In this document: piece after piece, positions 30,718 to 40,610 of the stretch
How the letters are laid out: every line of letters begins with the position of its first letter
Numbering within the stretch: the first letter of the stretch is position 1
Source of the DNA: an uncultured Rikenellaceae bacterium
GTDB lineage: Bacteria > Bacteroidota > Bacteroidia > Bacteroidales > VadinHA17
Assembly: GCA_964568875.1 (NCBI GenBank)
Contig: CAZMSH010000003.1
Coordinates: 32,761-96,760 of the forward strand
Direction: 5' to 3'
DNA: 64,000 nt
Program-made: the position numbers and the translations under genes
Notes under the pieces: model-generated
What the model was told of the DNA's origin: nothing
The model's input: the letters and a program-made list of their open reading frames with translations, nothing else
The model's database searches: none

Positions 30718-33606
30718 ATGATGATAACTGACAAATTTGTTGACCGCCACATCGGCCCCCGCGATGAGGAGATAGAGCTGATGCTGAAGTCTATGGGGAT
30801 GAATTCACTTGACGAACTGATTAAAAAGAGTGTCCCCGGGGGAATTATGTATGATAAACCGTTGGATCTGCCTCCGGCTATGACCGAGTATGAATACCAG
30901 AATCATATCAGGAAGCTGGGAAAGGAAAACAAGGTTTTCAGGTCCTTTATGGGCCAGGGGTACTACAGTTCGGCAGTGCTTCCGGTAGTTGTAAGAAACG
31001 TACTTGAAAATCCATCCTGGTACACTTCCTACACTCCTTATCAGGCTGAGATATCACAGGGTCGCCTTGAGGCTTTGCTTAATTTTCAGACAATGGTGAC
31101 AGAGCTTACCGGTATGGAGATTGCTAATGCATCTCTCCTTGACGAGTCTACAGCAGCAGCTGAAGCAATGCTGATGATGTACGGTTCGCGTTCACGGGCA
31201 GCTGTCAAGGCAGGTGCCAACAAGTTTTTTGTTGACGAAGACATTTTTCTGCAGACACTTGATGTTATTGAAACCCGATCAGCTCCGCTGGGTATAGAGC
31301 TGGTGAAAGGCAGTTTTGAAACTGCTGAGTTCGATGAGAGCTATTTCGGCGCTTTGGTTCAGTATCCTGCCGCCAGCGGGCAGTTGCGTGACTATGCTGC
31401 TTTTGTCGGGAAGGCCCATGATTCATCTGTACTTGTTGGCGTTGCGGCTGATCTTATGAGCCTTGCGCTGCTCACACCTCCTGGTGAATGGGGGGCTGAT
31501 GTTGTTGTGGGAACCAATCAGCGCTTTGGCCTTCCGATGAGCTACGGAGGACCGCATGCCGGTTTCTTTGCTACACGCGATGACCTGAAGCGTAATATGC
31601 CGGGCAGGATAATAGGTGTTTCCATAGATTCGCACGGTAACCATGCCCTCAGGATGGCACTCCAGACAAGAGAGCAACATATCAAGAGGGAGCGTGCAAC
31701 ATCAAACATATGCACCGCCCAGGCACTGCTGGCAACAATGTCATCCATGTATGCACAGTACCACGGCCCGGAAGGTCTGAAGAGGATAGCATCACATATA
31801 CATCAGGCAGCATGCACTCTTGCAAAGAACCTTAAGGAAATGGGATGTACGCTTCTCAACAGCGACATATTTGATACCGTCAGGATTAAACTGCCCGAAG
31901 GAGTATCGGCCGGGAAAGTTGAGAAGATAGCCCTTGACAGGGAGATGAATTTCTGGTACAGAAGTGACGGAACCATAAGCATCAGTACCGATGAAGTAAC
32001 CACAATAGCTGAGATAAATACCATAACCGGGATCTTTGCCGAGGCAATTGGTGTTGAGGCTGTTGTTGCCGGGGATCTTTGTGATTGTATATGTATTGAT
32101 GAAAAATTCCGTCGCAAGTCGGATTTCCTTCAATCGGGTACTTTCAATATGTATCATAGTGAGACCGAGATGATGCGCTACATCAAAATGCTTGAGCGCA
32201 AGGATATAAGTCTGACACACAGTATGATATCCCTTGGTTCCTGCACTATGAAGCTTAACCCTGCCGCTGCTATGTTTGCCATGAGCTGGCCTGAGTTTGG
32301 GAACATACATCCCTATGTTCCAGCCGATCAGGCAGCAGGATATTACAAGCTGATGGAGGAGTTGGGAGAGGTATTGAAGGTGCTGACAGGTTTTGAAGCA
32401 GTCTCTTTCCAGCCAAACTCAGGAGCTGCCGGTGAGTATGCGGGTTTAATGGTAATAAGGCAGTATCACCAGAGCAGGGGTGAGGGTCACAGGAGTGTTG
32501 CGCTGATACCTTCATCAGCACACGGTACAAATCCTGCCAGTGCTGTTATGGCCGGCATGGATGTCGTTGTGGTTGATTGTGATGAGAAAGGCAATATTAA
32601 TGTTGATGATTTGCGGTCAAAGGCAGAGCAATACAGCGAAAAGCTGAGTGCCTTTATGATAACCTATCCGTCAACCCACGGAGTATTTGAGGCTGATGTG
32701 ATGGAGATGATCTCAATAATACATGAAAACGGAGGCCAGGTATATATGGATGGTGCCAATATGAATGCACAGGTAGGACTGACGAGTCCGGGTCGCATTG
32801 GTGCCGATGTATGTCACCTGAACCTGCACAAGACATTTGCCATACCACACGGAGGAGGCGGTCCGGGAATGGGTCCGATTCTGGTTGCAGGACATCTGGC
32901 TGAGTTCCTGCCGTCGCATCCGATAGTAAATACCGGCGGTACGCATGGCACCAGCGCTGTTGCCGGAGCTCCCTTTGGCAGCGCTCATGTGTTGACAATA
33001 AGTCATGCATATGTGATGATGCTTGGCGGGTATGGCCTGAAGAAATCGACGGAGGTAGCGATACTCAATGCCAATTATATTGCGGCCAGGCTTAAGGAAT
33101 ACTACAAGATACTGTACACGGGTATCAACGGTATGGTAGCCCACGAAATGATACTTGAATGCCGTAATTTCAAAACCGAAGCCGGAGTTACCGAATCTGA
33201 CATTGCCAAGAGGCTGATGGATTATGGTTTTCATGCACCTACACTTTCATTTCCTGTTGCGGGCACTCTTATGGTTGAGCCCACAGAGTCGGAGTCACTG
33301 CGCGAGCTTGACAGGTTTATTGATGCCATGATATCGATATGGAAAGAGATTCAAGAGATAAAAGAGGGTAAGGCAGACAGGGAGGATAATGTTCTTCATA
33401 ATGCGCCTCACACTGCTGCCAGCGTTATCTCAGATAGCTGGAACCACAAATATGGTCGTGAGAAAGCAGCTTTCCCTGCTAAATGGGTAGTTGAGAATAA
33501 GTTCTGGCCGGCCGTAGGAAGGGTGGATAACGGATATGGCGACAGAAATCTGGTTTGCACCTGTGACCCTGTAGATTCTTACAGGATGGAGACTCTCAAA
33601 TTTTAA
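30718..33606 (+). CDS. gcvP: Glycine dehydrogenase (decarboxylating), single-chain P protein of the glycine cleavage system
   Basis: 962 aa, with a full-length GcvP pattern (YTPYQAEISQGRLE; PLP-lysine region NLHKTFAIPHGGGGPG). Confidence 0.95.
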   Translation: MMITDKFVDRHIGPRDEEIELMLKSMGMNSLDELIKKSVPGGIMYDKPLDLPPAMTEYEYQNHIRKLGKENKVFRSFMGQGYYSSAVLPVVVRNVLENPSWYTSYTPYQAEISQGRLEALLNFQTMVTELTGMEIANASLLDESTAAAEAMLMMYGSRSRAAVKAGANKFFVDEDIFLQTLDVIETRSAPLGIELVKGSFETAEFDESYFGALVQYPAASGQLRDYAAFVGKAHDSSVLVGVAADLMSLALLTPPGEWGADVVVGTNQRFGLPMSYGGPHAGFFATRDDLKRNMPGRIIGVSIDSHGNHALRMALQTREQHIKRERATSNICTAQALLATMSSMYAQYHGPEGLKRIASHIHQAACTLAKNLKEMGCTLLNSDIFDTVRIKLPEGVSAGKVEKIALDREMNFWYRSDGTISISTDEVTTIAEINTITGIFAEAIGVEAVVAGDLCDCICIDEKFRRKSDFLQSGTFNMYHSETEMMRYIKMLERKDISLTHSMISLGSCTMKLNPAAAMFAMSWPEFGNIHPYVPADQAAGYYKLMEELGEVLKVLTGFEAVSFQPNSGAAGEYAGLMVIRQYHQSRGEGHRSVALIPSSAHGTNPASAVMAGMDVVVVDCDEKGNINVDDLRSKAEQYSEKLSAFMITYPSTHGVFEADVMEMISIIHENGGQVYMDGANMNAQVGLTSPGRIGADVCHLNLHKTFAIPHGGGGPGMGPILVAGHLAEFLPSHPIVNTGGTHGTSAVAGAPFGSAHVLTISHAYVMMLGGYGLKKSTEVAILNANYIAARLKEYYKILYTGINGMVAHEMILECRNFKTEAGVTESDIAKRLMDYGFHAPTLSFPVAGTLMVEPTESESLRELDRFIDAMISIWKEIQEIKEGKADREDNVLHNAPHTAASVISDSWNHKYGREKAAFPAKWVVENKFWPAVGRVDNGYGDRNLVCTCDPVDSYRMETLKF

Positions 33607-33635
33607 TCAGAGATTTCAGATCTAAGATAATGAAA

Positions 33636-33667
33636 GCCGGGTTTTGATGAAAACCCGGTTTTTTTTC
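33636..33667. terminator. Bidirectional intrinsic terminator between gcvP and ddl
   Basis: CCGGGTTTT (33637-33645) pairs with AAAACCCGG (33650-33658) around a 4-nt loop. A T8 run follows and AAA precedes. Confidence 0.75.
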
Positions 33668-34640
33668 AGGTGAAGAGGTCTTCTATTACCATAGAGTAAA
33701 GCTCTCCGGGTGTTATTCCGTATGCTTCAGCCTGCTTTGGAATAAGGCTGCCGGCAGTCATGCCTGATATGGTGTTGATTTCCAGGAAAAAAGGTTCGTT
33801 GTCAACTATTATGAAGTCGACACGTACAATTCCCCTGCAGCCGAGATAGTCATAAATTTCGGAGGCCGTTTGCCGTATTGTTTGTGCAACCTCTTCGGAG
33901 AACTTTGCCGGTGTTACCCTTTCTGATAATCCCGGGGTATATTTAGCTTCAAAATCGAAGAACTCATTTTTGCTTATTATCTCAGTTAACGGCAGAATAA
34001 TCTCACGGTCTCTCGTTTTTGCCAGTCCGCACGCTACTTCCCTTCCCTTGAGTTCAGCCTCCACCAGTACTGTGGGACTCTCACCGAAGGCCAGTTCTAT
34101 TGCCGGCAGTAGCTCTTCTTTAGTTTTTACCTTTGTGACACCGCAACTGGAGCCGCTTTCATTGGGTTTTACAAAGCAGGGTAATCCTGTCTTTGATATA
34201 ATATCTTCAACGTTGTAGCCGTTGCCATTTCTGATAAAAACAGAGGCGGCCATGTTGACTCCGAACTGCGCCAGGAATGATTTGCAGGCATTTTTGCTGA
34301 ATGTCAGTGCAGAGCATAGCACATCGCTGCTGGCGTAGGGTATACCAACCATGTCAAAATATCCCTGAAGAAGTCCGTTTTCGCCCGGAGTGCCATGTAT
34401 TGCGATGAAGGCAGCATCAAACCTTATTTTGCCCTCATCGGTTTCAAGAGTAAAATCGTTTTTGTCGATTCTGAAGACCCTTCCCTTGTCACCGTGTGCA
34501 TACCACCTTGCACCTTCAATAAGTATTGTATGGGTGATATATTTGTTCTTCAGGGCATCTGTGATTGCGGCAGCGCTTCTTAGTGACACATCGTGTTCTG
34601 ATGAGTTGCCTCCGGCAACAATGGCAATTGTTTTCATCAA
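33666..34640 (-). CDS. ddl: D-alanine--D-alanine ligase
   Basis: ATP-grasp Ddl pattern: GGNSSEHDVSLRSA, HGTPGENG, PCFVKPNESGSSCGV, LEINTISGMT. Confidence 0.92.
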   Translation of the reverse strand: MMKTIAIVAGGNSSEHDVSLRSAAAITDALKNKYITHTILIEGARWYAHGDKGRVFRIDKNDFTLETDEGKIRFDAAFIAIHGTPGENGLLQGYFDMVGIPYASSDVLCSALTFSKNACKSFLAQFGVNMAASVFIRNGNGYNVEDIISKTGLPCFVKPNESGSSCGVTKVKTKEELLPAIELAFGESPTVLVEAELKGREVACGLAKTRDREIILPLTEIISKNEFFDFEAKYTPGLSERVTPAKFSEEVAQTIRQTASEIYDYLGCRGIVRVDFIIVDNEPFFLEINTISGMTAGSLIPKQAEAYGITPGELYSMVIEDLFT

Positions 34641-34683
34641 GTATATTGGTAGGTGTAAGGGTGCAAAATTAAACTCTTTTTAA

Positions 34684-35727
34684 TCAATTCAAATCGGCCC
34701 GCCCTGAAATATAGGTTCGCCATCTTTCGATAAGCTGAGACATGTCGTCAGGAATGCCTGAATCGAATTGCATCCATTTTTTACTGGCCGGATGGGTGAA
34801 GCCCAGCGTCTTCGCATGCAGCGCCTGCCGCGGCAACATGGTGAAGCAGTTGCGAACGAACTGTGTGTATTTGGAGAATGTTGTACCTCTTAATACCCTG
34901 TTTCCACCATACTCCTCATCATTGAACAGAGGGTGTCCGATATGACTCATATGGACTCTTATCTGGTGGGTGCGACCGGTTTCAAGCCGGCACTCTATAA
35001 CCGAAATATAACCAAGGTCTTCTATTACCCGGTAGTGAGTAATGGCATGTTTACCTTCACTTCCGTCAGTGAAGACAAACATTACTTTTCTGTCTCTGGG
35101 GTTTCTGCCGATATTTCCTGTTACCGTTCCCTCTTCCGGTGATGGGACACCCCATACTATTGCAGTATATAGTCTTGCGGTTGTTCTGTCAAAGAACTGA
35201 CGTGCCAGCCTGTTATGTGCCAGTTCACTCTTGGCTATTACAAGTAATCCGCTTGTATTCTTATCTATTCTATGCACAAGGCCGGGCCTCTGTTCTCCTG
35301 TACTGAACATAGGGTTATCCTTCAGATGCCACATCAAAGCATTGACCAACGTACCTGTATAGTTTCCATATCCGGGATGGACTACCATTCCGGGTTCCTT
35401 ATTAATAACAATTACATGATCATCTTCGAAAACAATATTCAGGGGAATCTCTTCGGGGATAAGCTCTATCTCTCTCGGAGGTGAAGGCAGCACTATCTGT
35501 ATGAGGTCTGAAGGTTTTACCCTGTAGCTTGGCTTAACGGGAGTACTGTTGACCAGTATATTTCCGGCGTCGGCTGCAGCCTGTATTCTCGTACGCGAGG
35601 CTCCTTCAATTCTGGCTGTAATGTATTTGTCAATTCTAAGGAGAGACTGGCCGGGGTCAACCACAAACCTGAAATGTTCATACAACTCCTGCTGTTCTGC
35701 AGGATCATCGTTAAGAAAATCGCTCAT
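34684..35727 (-). CDS. rluD: RluA-family 23S rRNA pseudouridine synthase (RluD-like) with an S4 domain
   Basis: HRIDKNTSGLLV catalytic-Asp motif and ETGRTHQIRVH. The ATG overlaps the stop of the upstream gene by 1 nt. Confidence 0.9.
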   Translation of the reverse strand: MSDFLNDDPAEQQELYEHFRFVVDPGQSLLRIDKYITARIEGASRTRIQAAADAGNILVNSTPVKPSYRVKPSDLIQIVLPSPPREIELIPEEIPLNIVFEDDHVIVINKEPGMVVHPGYGNYTGTLVNALMWHLKDNPMFSTGEQRPGLVHRIDKNTSGLLVIAKSELAHNRLARQFFDRTTARLYTAIVWGVPSPEEGTVTGNIGRNPRDRKVMFVFTDGSEGKHAITHYRVIEDLGYISVIECRLETGRTHQIRVHMSHIGHPLFNDEEYGGNRVLRGTTFSKYTQFVRNCFTMLPRQALHAKTLGFTHPASKKWMQFDSGIPDDMSQLIERWRTYISGRADLN

Positions 35728-37583
35728 CAGCCAGCCTTTATAAATCGGTTGCGTGAAATAACTGAACCGCGGTGAATGGATATCATAATATAGATGCCAG
35801 GTTTAAGAGTACCTGCATCAATACTGGTAACATCTGATACCCTTAATATTACCCTGCCAGAAATATCGTAGATGATGTGTGAGAGGGAACCTGAAGCCGC
35901 AAATGAATCATCTGGTTTAATGTTAAGGACTTCACTGACAGGGTTGGGCCAGATATGCACCAGGTTCTTTGTTGTTGTCACATCACCGATACCTGTAGAG
36001 GGCAGTCTTGGTCCGGTTATGGCACGAATCATCAGAGAGCCGTTTACCTGAGACTGGTACCAGTCACCGTTCAGCCAGAAGAACTGGCGTCCGTTTTGAG
36101 ATGTGTTCAGGTCAAGTCCTGCATTGAGAAATGTTTCAGATCGTTGTTTCCAGCCTATGTAAAAGATATTGTCTATATATACAGGGTCATCGAGGATGTA
36201 GGTATGAAAACCATTGATGCCCTCACCCTGTTCCACCATCACCTCTTCTCCAAGATAGATAAGATTCCCCGGTATGCCGTTGTCATTATCCCACACTGCA
36301 ATATCGAATGTACGCTGGTTTGAGTTCTGGTAACTGTCGTTAAAGCATATCATAATTGCTCTGAGCGAGTCCGGGGCATATGCCCTGAACCTGTAGGCAA
36401 CCATGGCATTCCTGGCACCCTGCCCGTTGATTCCATAGCCGGCCTCAGCTGTGCCGTCATCAAATGAGAAGATATTGCCAAACTTCTGTATATAGACTAT
36501 CGTGTCGTTTGATTTCGGATCAAATTCGTCGGTAATAAGGTAGCTTTTTACCTGGTACGACACGGTGTCAGGACCGGTAATGCTGTATGTATAAAACAAA
36601 GGCGCATTGTAGCTTACTGTAGATGAAGGCTGCGTGTTTGTGGCACCTCCTGAGAATGAATGTACGATTGTCCCGGTATTGAGGTCCTTTATTTCAAAGA
36701 GTCGCGTTACATTTCTGATTATGCTGTCATTATTCCTGTATGTGAGGGGGATTGCCGACCCCATTTCTGACAGATATATTTGCCTGAAGTGCTTCAATGG
36801 AATAGTTTCATGGTTATTGAGCAGAGACCTTACAGGCAGGGTTACAGCTACATCATGGAGAACGGTATCTGCATGGTGGCGGTTTCGATCAAGTCTTACA
36901 TAGTCAACATGCCAGTTGTCACCGCTGGTCTTCATTGCCGGTTCGGGAGCAGAAGGACTCAGGCTTCCGTATGCAACAAACCTGAAGCGGAATCCATTCA
37001 TAAGGAATTGTGTTTCGGTAACCGGAATCATAACCTGCCTGAAGGGACCTGATTCTGATCCCGGTGTCCTCCAGATACTATACCATGTTTCAGTATCGGG
37101 AGACCAGAAATGAAGCGTGAGTGAATCTCCCGGTTCAGGAGCGTCACCCAGTCCTCCCGGCTGATACAGAAAACTGAACCAGACGCTGTCGGCAGCAGGA
37201 TAGTCAAGGTCGATATGCTTACTGGTAAGTTTATCTGCGCTGAAGACCCATGACTCTGCTTCCTCATACAGACTTCCTGTTTCATCAAGCAGATCGAAAG
37301 TGGCTACCCCTGCTGTGAGTTGCCCGGTAGAGTAGGTGTTGTTAATAAAAACATATCTGTCTGTCCATCTTGTCGAATCAGGAAAAGGACCACTGCGGGA
37401 GAAGTCGTCGAAGAAGGGCAGGCTGATTGTATCCTGGATTCCCTTGCTGAAGTAAAGTTCTGTTGTAATCTTCAGGTTTGTCAGAAGGTTGTTGCCTGTT
37501 GGTCCGGTGACAACCTCCTGTGACATCAGTTCAGGGATTCCGGAAAGGATAAGAATCAGGAGTATGACATGTTTCCATTTCAT
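35727..37583 (-). CDS. Secreted protein of unknown function with a T9SS C-terminal sorting domain
   Basis: Signal peptide MKWKHVILLILILSGIPELMSQ. C-terminal roughly 80 aa is CTD-like (IWPNPVSEVLNI...GIYIMISIH...). ATGA overlap with the PASTA gene and TGATG overlap with rluD. Confidence 0.55.
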   Translation of the reverse strand: MKWKHVILLILILSGIPELMSQEVVTGPTGNNLLTNLKITTELYFSKGIQDTISLPFFDDFSRSGPFPDSTRWTDRYVFINNTYSTGQLTAGVATFDLLDETGSLYEEAESWVFSADKLTSKHIDLDYPAADSVWFSFLYQPGGLGDAPEPGDSLTLHFWSPDTETWYSIWRTPGSESGPFRQVMIPVTETQFLMNGFRFRFVAYGSLSPSAPEPAMKTSGDNWHVDYVRLDRNRHHADTVLHDVAVTLPVRSLLNNHETIPLKHFRQIYLSEMGSAIPLTYRNNDSIIRNVTRLFEIKDLNTGTIVHSFSGGATNTQPSSTVSYNAPLFYTYSITGPDTVSYQVKSYLITDEFDPKSNDTIVYIQKFGNIFSFDDGTAEAGYGINGQGARNAMVAYRFRAYAPDSLRAIMICFNDSYQNSNQRTFDIAVWDNDNGIPGNLIYLGEEVMVEQGEGINGFHTYILDDPVYIDNIFYIGWKQRSETFLNAGLDLNTSQNGRQFFWLNGDWYQSQVNGSLMIRAITGPRLPSTGIGDVTTTKNLVHIWPNPVSEVLNIKPDDSFAASGSLSHIIYDISGRVILRVSDVTSIDAGTLKPGIYIMISIHRGSVISRNRFIKAG

Positions 37584-38449
37584 ATAGAATCAGGGAGTTG
37601 CATTATGTCTGTATTATCAGTGAAGCCGGAGATAGTATCATTAAGCATAAGAAGAGTTGAATCGACAGGCAGCTTTAGGGAGTCTACGGTAAGCCATAAA
37701 TATACAGTTGATCCGAGTTGCAGCGTCGCCTCCTCGATGTATTCCGGATTTTGTTTGTAGACAAAAGCGTTAAGGGTATCTTCTTCTGTAAGAATAGTAT
37801 TGTCATAAACGAAAGTGCCCAGGTTTAATGAGGAGGAGAGAATCTGGTTCCTTGCGTCCTCGAAATGTAGTCCGACCAGATCGGGAATAAGAGTTCTTCT
37901 TGAGCTAAGGCCGCTTCCAAGTACCAGATCTATAACCGAACCTTTCTGAATTGTGTCACCTGGAGCTATCTCGGTTCCGTTATGTAATTGCTTAAGTACA
38001 AAGTCCACTGAAATATCAGGGGTATAATTAAGTTTTCCTGTTTCAAAACCGGCAGTAGTTATTGTAGCAAGGGCCTGTCGCAGAGAAAGTCCGACCAGCT
38101 TTGGCACTTCTGCCATTTCAGGGTTGAACGCATTGATGGTTATGTTTATGCGGCGATGTTTTTTGACTTTCATGCCGGCAGGGGGATTTTGTTCAGCTAT
38201 GGTTCCCCTTGGTACGATTGTGGTGTAGACAGAGTCTGTAACCACAAACCTGAACTTATTCTTGCTGGCGATGACTTCAGCTTCCTCGAGGGTGCGACCG
38301 ATGAAGCTGGGAATCTCCCTGGTTTGCCCGTGCCTGGTATATATATTCAGCCAGATCAGGAGAATAAGAAGTACAGCAGTAAAAATGGCAATTGCCAGGC
38401 CGAGATGCTTTACAAAGAGTTTGCTTAAAATGAAGTTTTTGAGGCTCAT
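37580..38449 (-). CDS. Membrane-anchored PASTA-domain protein
   Basis: Single N-terminal TM helix followed by three PASTA-like repeats (IPSFIGRTLEEA..., VPKLVGLSLRQA..., IPDLVGLHFEDA...). Confidence 0.75.
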   Translation of the reverse strand: MSLKNFILSKLFVKHLGLAIAIFTAVLLILLIWLNIYTRHGQTREIPSFIGRTLEEAEVIASKNKFRFVVTDSVYTTIVPRGTIAEQNPPAGMKVKKHRRINITINAFNPEMAEVPKLVGLSLRQALATITTAGFETGKLNYTPDISVDFVLKQLHNGTEIAPGDTIQKGSVIDLVLGSGLSSRRTLIPDLVGLHFEDARNQILSSSLNLGTFVYDNTILTEEDTLNAFVYKQNPEYIEEATLQLGSTVYLWLTVDSLKLPVDSTLLMLNDTISGFTDNTDIMQLPDSI

Positions 38450-38533
38450 TGGGTGTAGGTAATAAGTTAGTAACGCAAAGGTAGCGATAAAATTATATCG
38501 GAGAGATGCTCAACTGATGAATGAAAGAGAAGG

Positions 38534-39673
38534 TCAGAATTCACTGATGATATTGTAAAGAGTATCTCTTTCAACCGGTTTGTAACCCGCGCCTTTGATA
38601 AGCTCTGCCATTTCGTCACGGCTCATTGCCGGTTTTTCAACTGATCCGGCCATGGAGTATATTCTGGTAGTATCGTCGATGGTTCCGTCAATATCGTCTA
38701 CACCGAAGGAGAGAGAGAGGGCAGTCTGCTCCTTACCGATCATTGGCCAGTATGCTTTTATGTGAGGAATATTATCGAGGAATATCCTTGATACGGCATA
38801 ATTTCGCAGGTCTTCGGTTATCGGCGTTTCTCCAAGATAGGACATGCTGTTATTGGCCTTACGGTACTTAAGAGGGATGAAAGCGTTGAAGCCTCCTGTA
38901 CGATCCTGAAGTTCCCTTAGCCTGTTGAGGTGGTCGATACGGTGATGATATTCTTCTATATGACCGTACAGCATTGTGGCATTGGAGGGAATGCCAAGTC
39001 TGTGAGCCGTTTCATGTATTTCCAGCCATTTTGCCGATGTTGTTTTTTCCTGACAGATTTGATCTCTTAGCTGTTCGTCGAAGATCTCAGCGCCTCCTCC
39101 CGGTATTGAATCGAGTCCCATCTCTTTCAGCTTCGTCAATCCGTCTGCAATAGTCAGGCCTGCCTTTTCAATCATATATTCGAGCTCCACGGCTGAGAAG
39201 GCTTTGATATGCAGTTCCGGGCGGTGTTTTTTAATACGGGTAAGCAGGTTCCCCCAGTAATAGAGGTCATACTTTGGGTGTACACCACCAACTATATGTA
39301 CTTCTGTAACAGGCTGATTGTCGAACCGTCGAACCATCTCCAGCATTTGTTCTGTTGAGTATTCCCAGCTGTCACTCTCTCCCTCACGTTTGTGGTAAGA
39401 GCAGAACCGGCAGTTATAAACACAGATATTTGTGGGTTCGATGTGGAAGTTGTGGTTAAAGAAGGTGTTTGTGCCGTTGATGCGGGTTCGTACGGCAGTG
39501 GCCAGAATTCCCAGCAGGGGCAGCGATGCGCAGGAGAACAGCCTTATACCATCGCCGGCGTCAATACGTTTGCCATCGATTACTTTCATGGCAATCGTGG
39601 CGCACTCTTCTCCTGCAATAGTTGTCAGCAGATCTTTTTCCATTTTCCGGTATTGTTGCGGCAAAGTTAGCAA
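38534..39673 (-). CDS. Radical SAM enzyme of the CofH/MqnC/MqnE family (futalosine-type menaquinone biosynthesis-like)
   Basis: CxxxCxxC cluster motif NICVYNCRFCSY. The remainder resembles MqnE/MqnC (VHIVGGVHP, GGGAEIF, ATMLYGHIE). The start may be at MEKDLL, 10 codons in. Confidence 0.6.
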   Translation of the reverse strand: MLTLPQQYRKMEKDLLTTIAGEECATIAMKVIDGKRIDAGDGIRLFSCASLPLLGILATAVRTRINGTNTFFNHNFHIEPTNICVYNCRFCSYHKREGESDSWEYSTEQMLEMVRRFDNQPVTEVHIVGGVHPKYDLYYWGNLLTRIKKHRPELHIKAFSAVELEYMIEKAGLTIADGLTKLKEMGLDSIPGGGAEIFDEQLRDQICQEKTTSAKWLEIHETAHRLGIPSNATMLYGHIEEYHHRIDHLNRLRELQDRTGGFNAFIPLKYRKANNSMSYLGETPITEDLRNYAVSRIFLDNIPHIKAYWPMIGKEQTALSLSFGVDDIDGTIDDTTRIYSMAGSVEKPAMSRDEMAELIKGAGYKPVERDTLYNIISEF

Positions 39674-39743
39674 AGTATATCCTGTACCTATAAAAAAAGG
39701 GTGTCATATTCACGACACCCCCGAATATCAATGATTTATGGTA

Positions 39744-39902
39744 TCATCCTTTGTGTTTCGGCTCATCAGATACGGTAAGCTTCTTCCTGCCCTTTGCCCT
39801 GCGGGCAGCCAGAACACGCCTGCCATTGGGGGTAGACATCCTTTCCATAAAACCATGCTTGTTAGCTCTTTTTCTCTTCGAGGGCTGAAATGTCCTTTTC
39901 AT
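39744..39902 (-). CDS. rpmH: 50S ribosomal protein L34 (not in the supplied ORF track, below its length cutoff)
   Basis: My minus-strand translation gives [52 protein letters not shown] (52 aa), the canonical L34 sequence. Confidence 0.93.
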   Translation of the reverse strand: MKRTFQPSKRKRANKHGFMERMSTPNGRRVLAARRAKGRKKLTVSDEPKHKG

Positions 39903-39997
39903 TGCTTCAATATTTTCGTGTTATTATCTTTCCGGTTTTGAGACGGCAAAGGTAATTATTTTTTTGAAACAAAAGTTAATGTCTCTCTTTTTTTGGA

Positions 39998-40609
39998 TCA
40001 GACTCTGAGCATGATAATTTTCTTGGTGTCGAAGAATGGTTCGGGAAAGAAATCACTTATATTCCAGATAGTAATGCGATCGATGTAGGGTTTTATCTCC
40101 TCTTCCAGATCTCCTCCCTTAAGGGCTATGATTCCTTTTTTGCCGTTTTCTCCTCTGATGTTGCGGCCTGTCCACCCCACAATACTCTGCATGGGGGCAA
40201 CAGCCCTGGTAACAACGTAATTGTATGATCCCCGATACTCTTCGGCCCGGCCTGTAATGGCTCTGACATTACTGATGCCGAGTTTCAGAGCGACATCCTC
40301 AACTACCTTTATTTTTTTTGCGATGGAGTCGACAAGCAGAAAAGAGGTATTTTCAAAAACCAGGGCCAGAGGTATACCCGGGAAGCCTCCTCCGGTTCCC
40401 AGATCGAGAACCACATCGTCACTGTCAAATCTGGCAACTTTGGCTATTGCAAGGGAATGAAGCACATGGCGGGTATAAAAGTTTTCCATGTCTTTTCTTG
40501 AGATGACATTGATGACCCGGTTCCATCCGAGGTAAATATCTTTCATCGCTGCCAGCCCGGCCAGCTGACGTTCTGTAAGATCGGGGAAATAGTTGATAAT
40601 CTTTTCCAC
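39998..40609 (-). CDS. rsmG: 16S rRNA (guanine527-N7)-methyltransferase
   Basis: GidB pattern: NRVINVISRKDMENFYTRHVLHS, DLGTGGGFPGIPLA, VTRAVA. Confidence 0.9.
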   Translation of the reverse strand: MEKIINYFPDLTERQLAGLAAMKDIYLGWNRVINVISRKDMENFYTRHVLHSLAIAKVARFDSDDVVLDLGTGGGFPGIPLALVFENTSFLLVDSIAKKIKVVEDVALKLGISNVRAITGRAEEYRGSYNYVVTRAVAPMQSIVGWTGRNIRGENGKKGIIALKGGDLEEEIKPYIDRITIWNISDFFPEPFFDTKKIIMLRV

Positions 40610-40610
40610 T

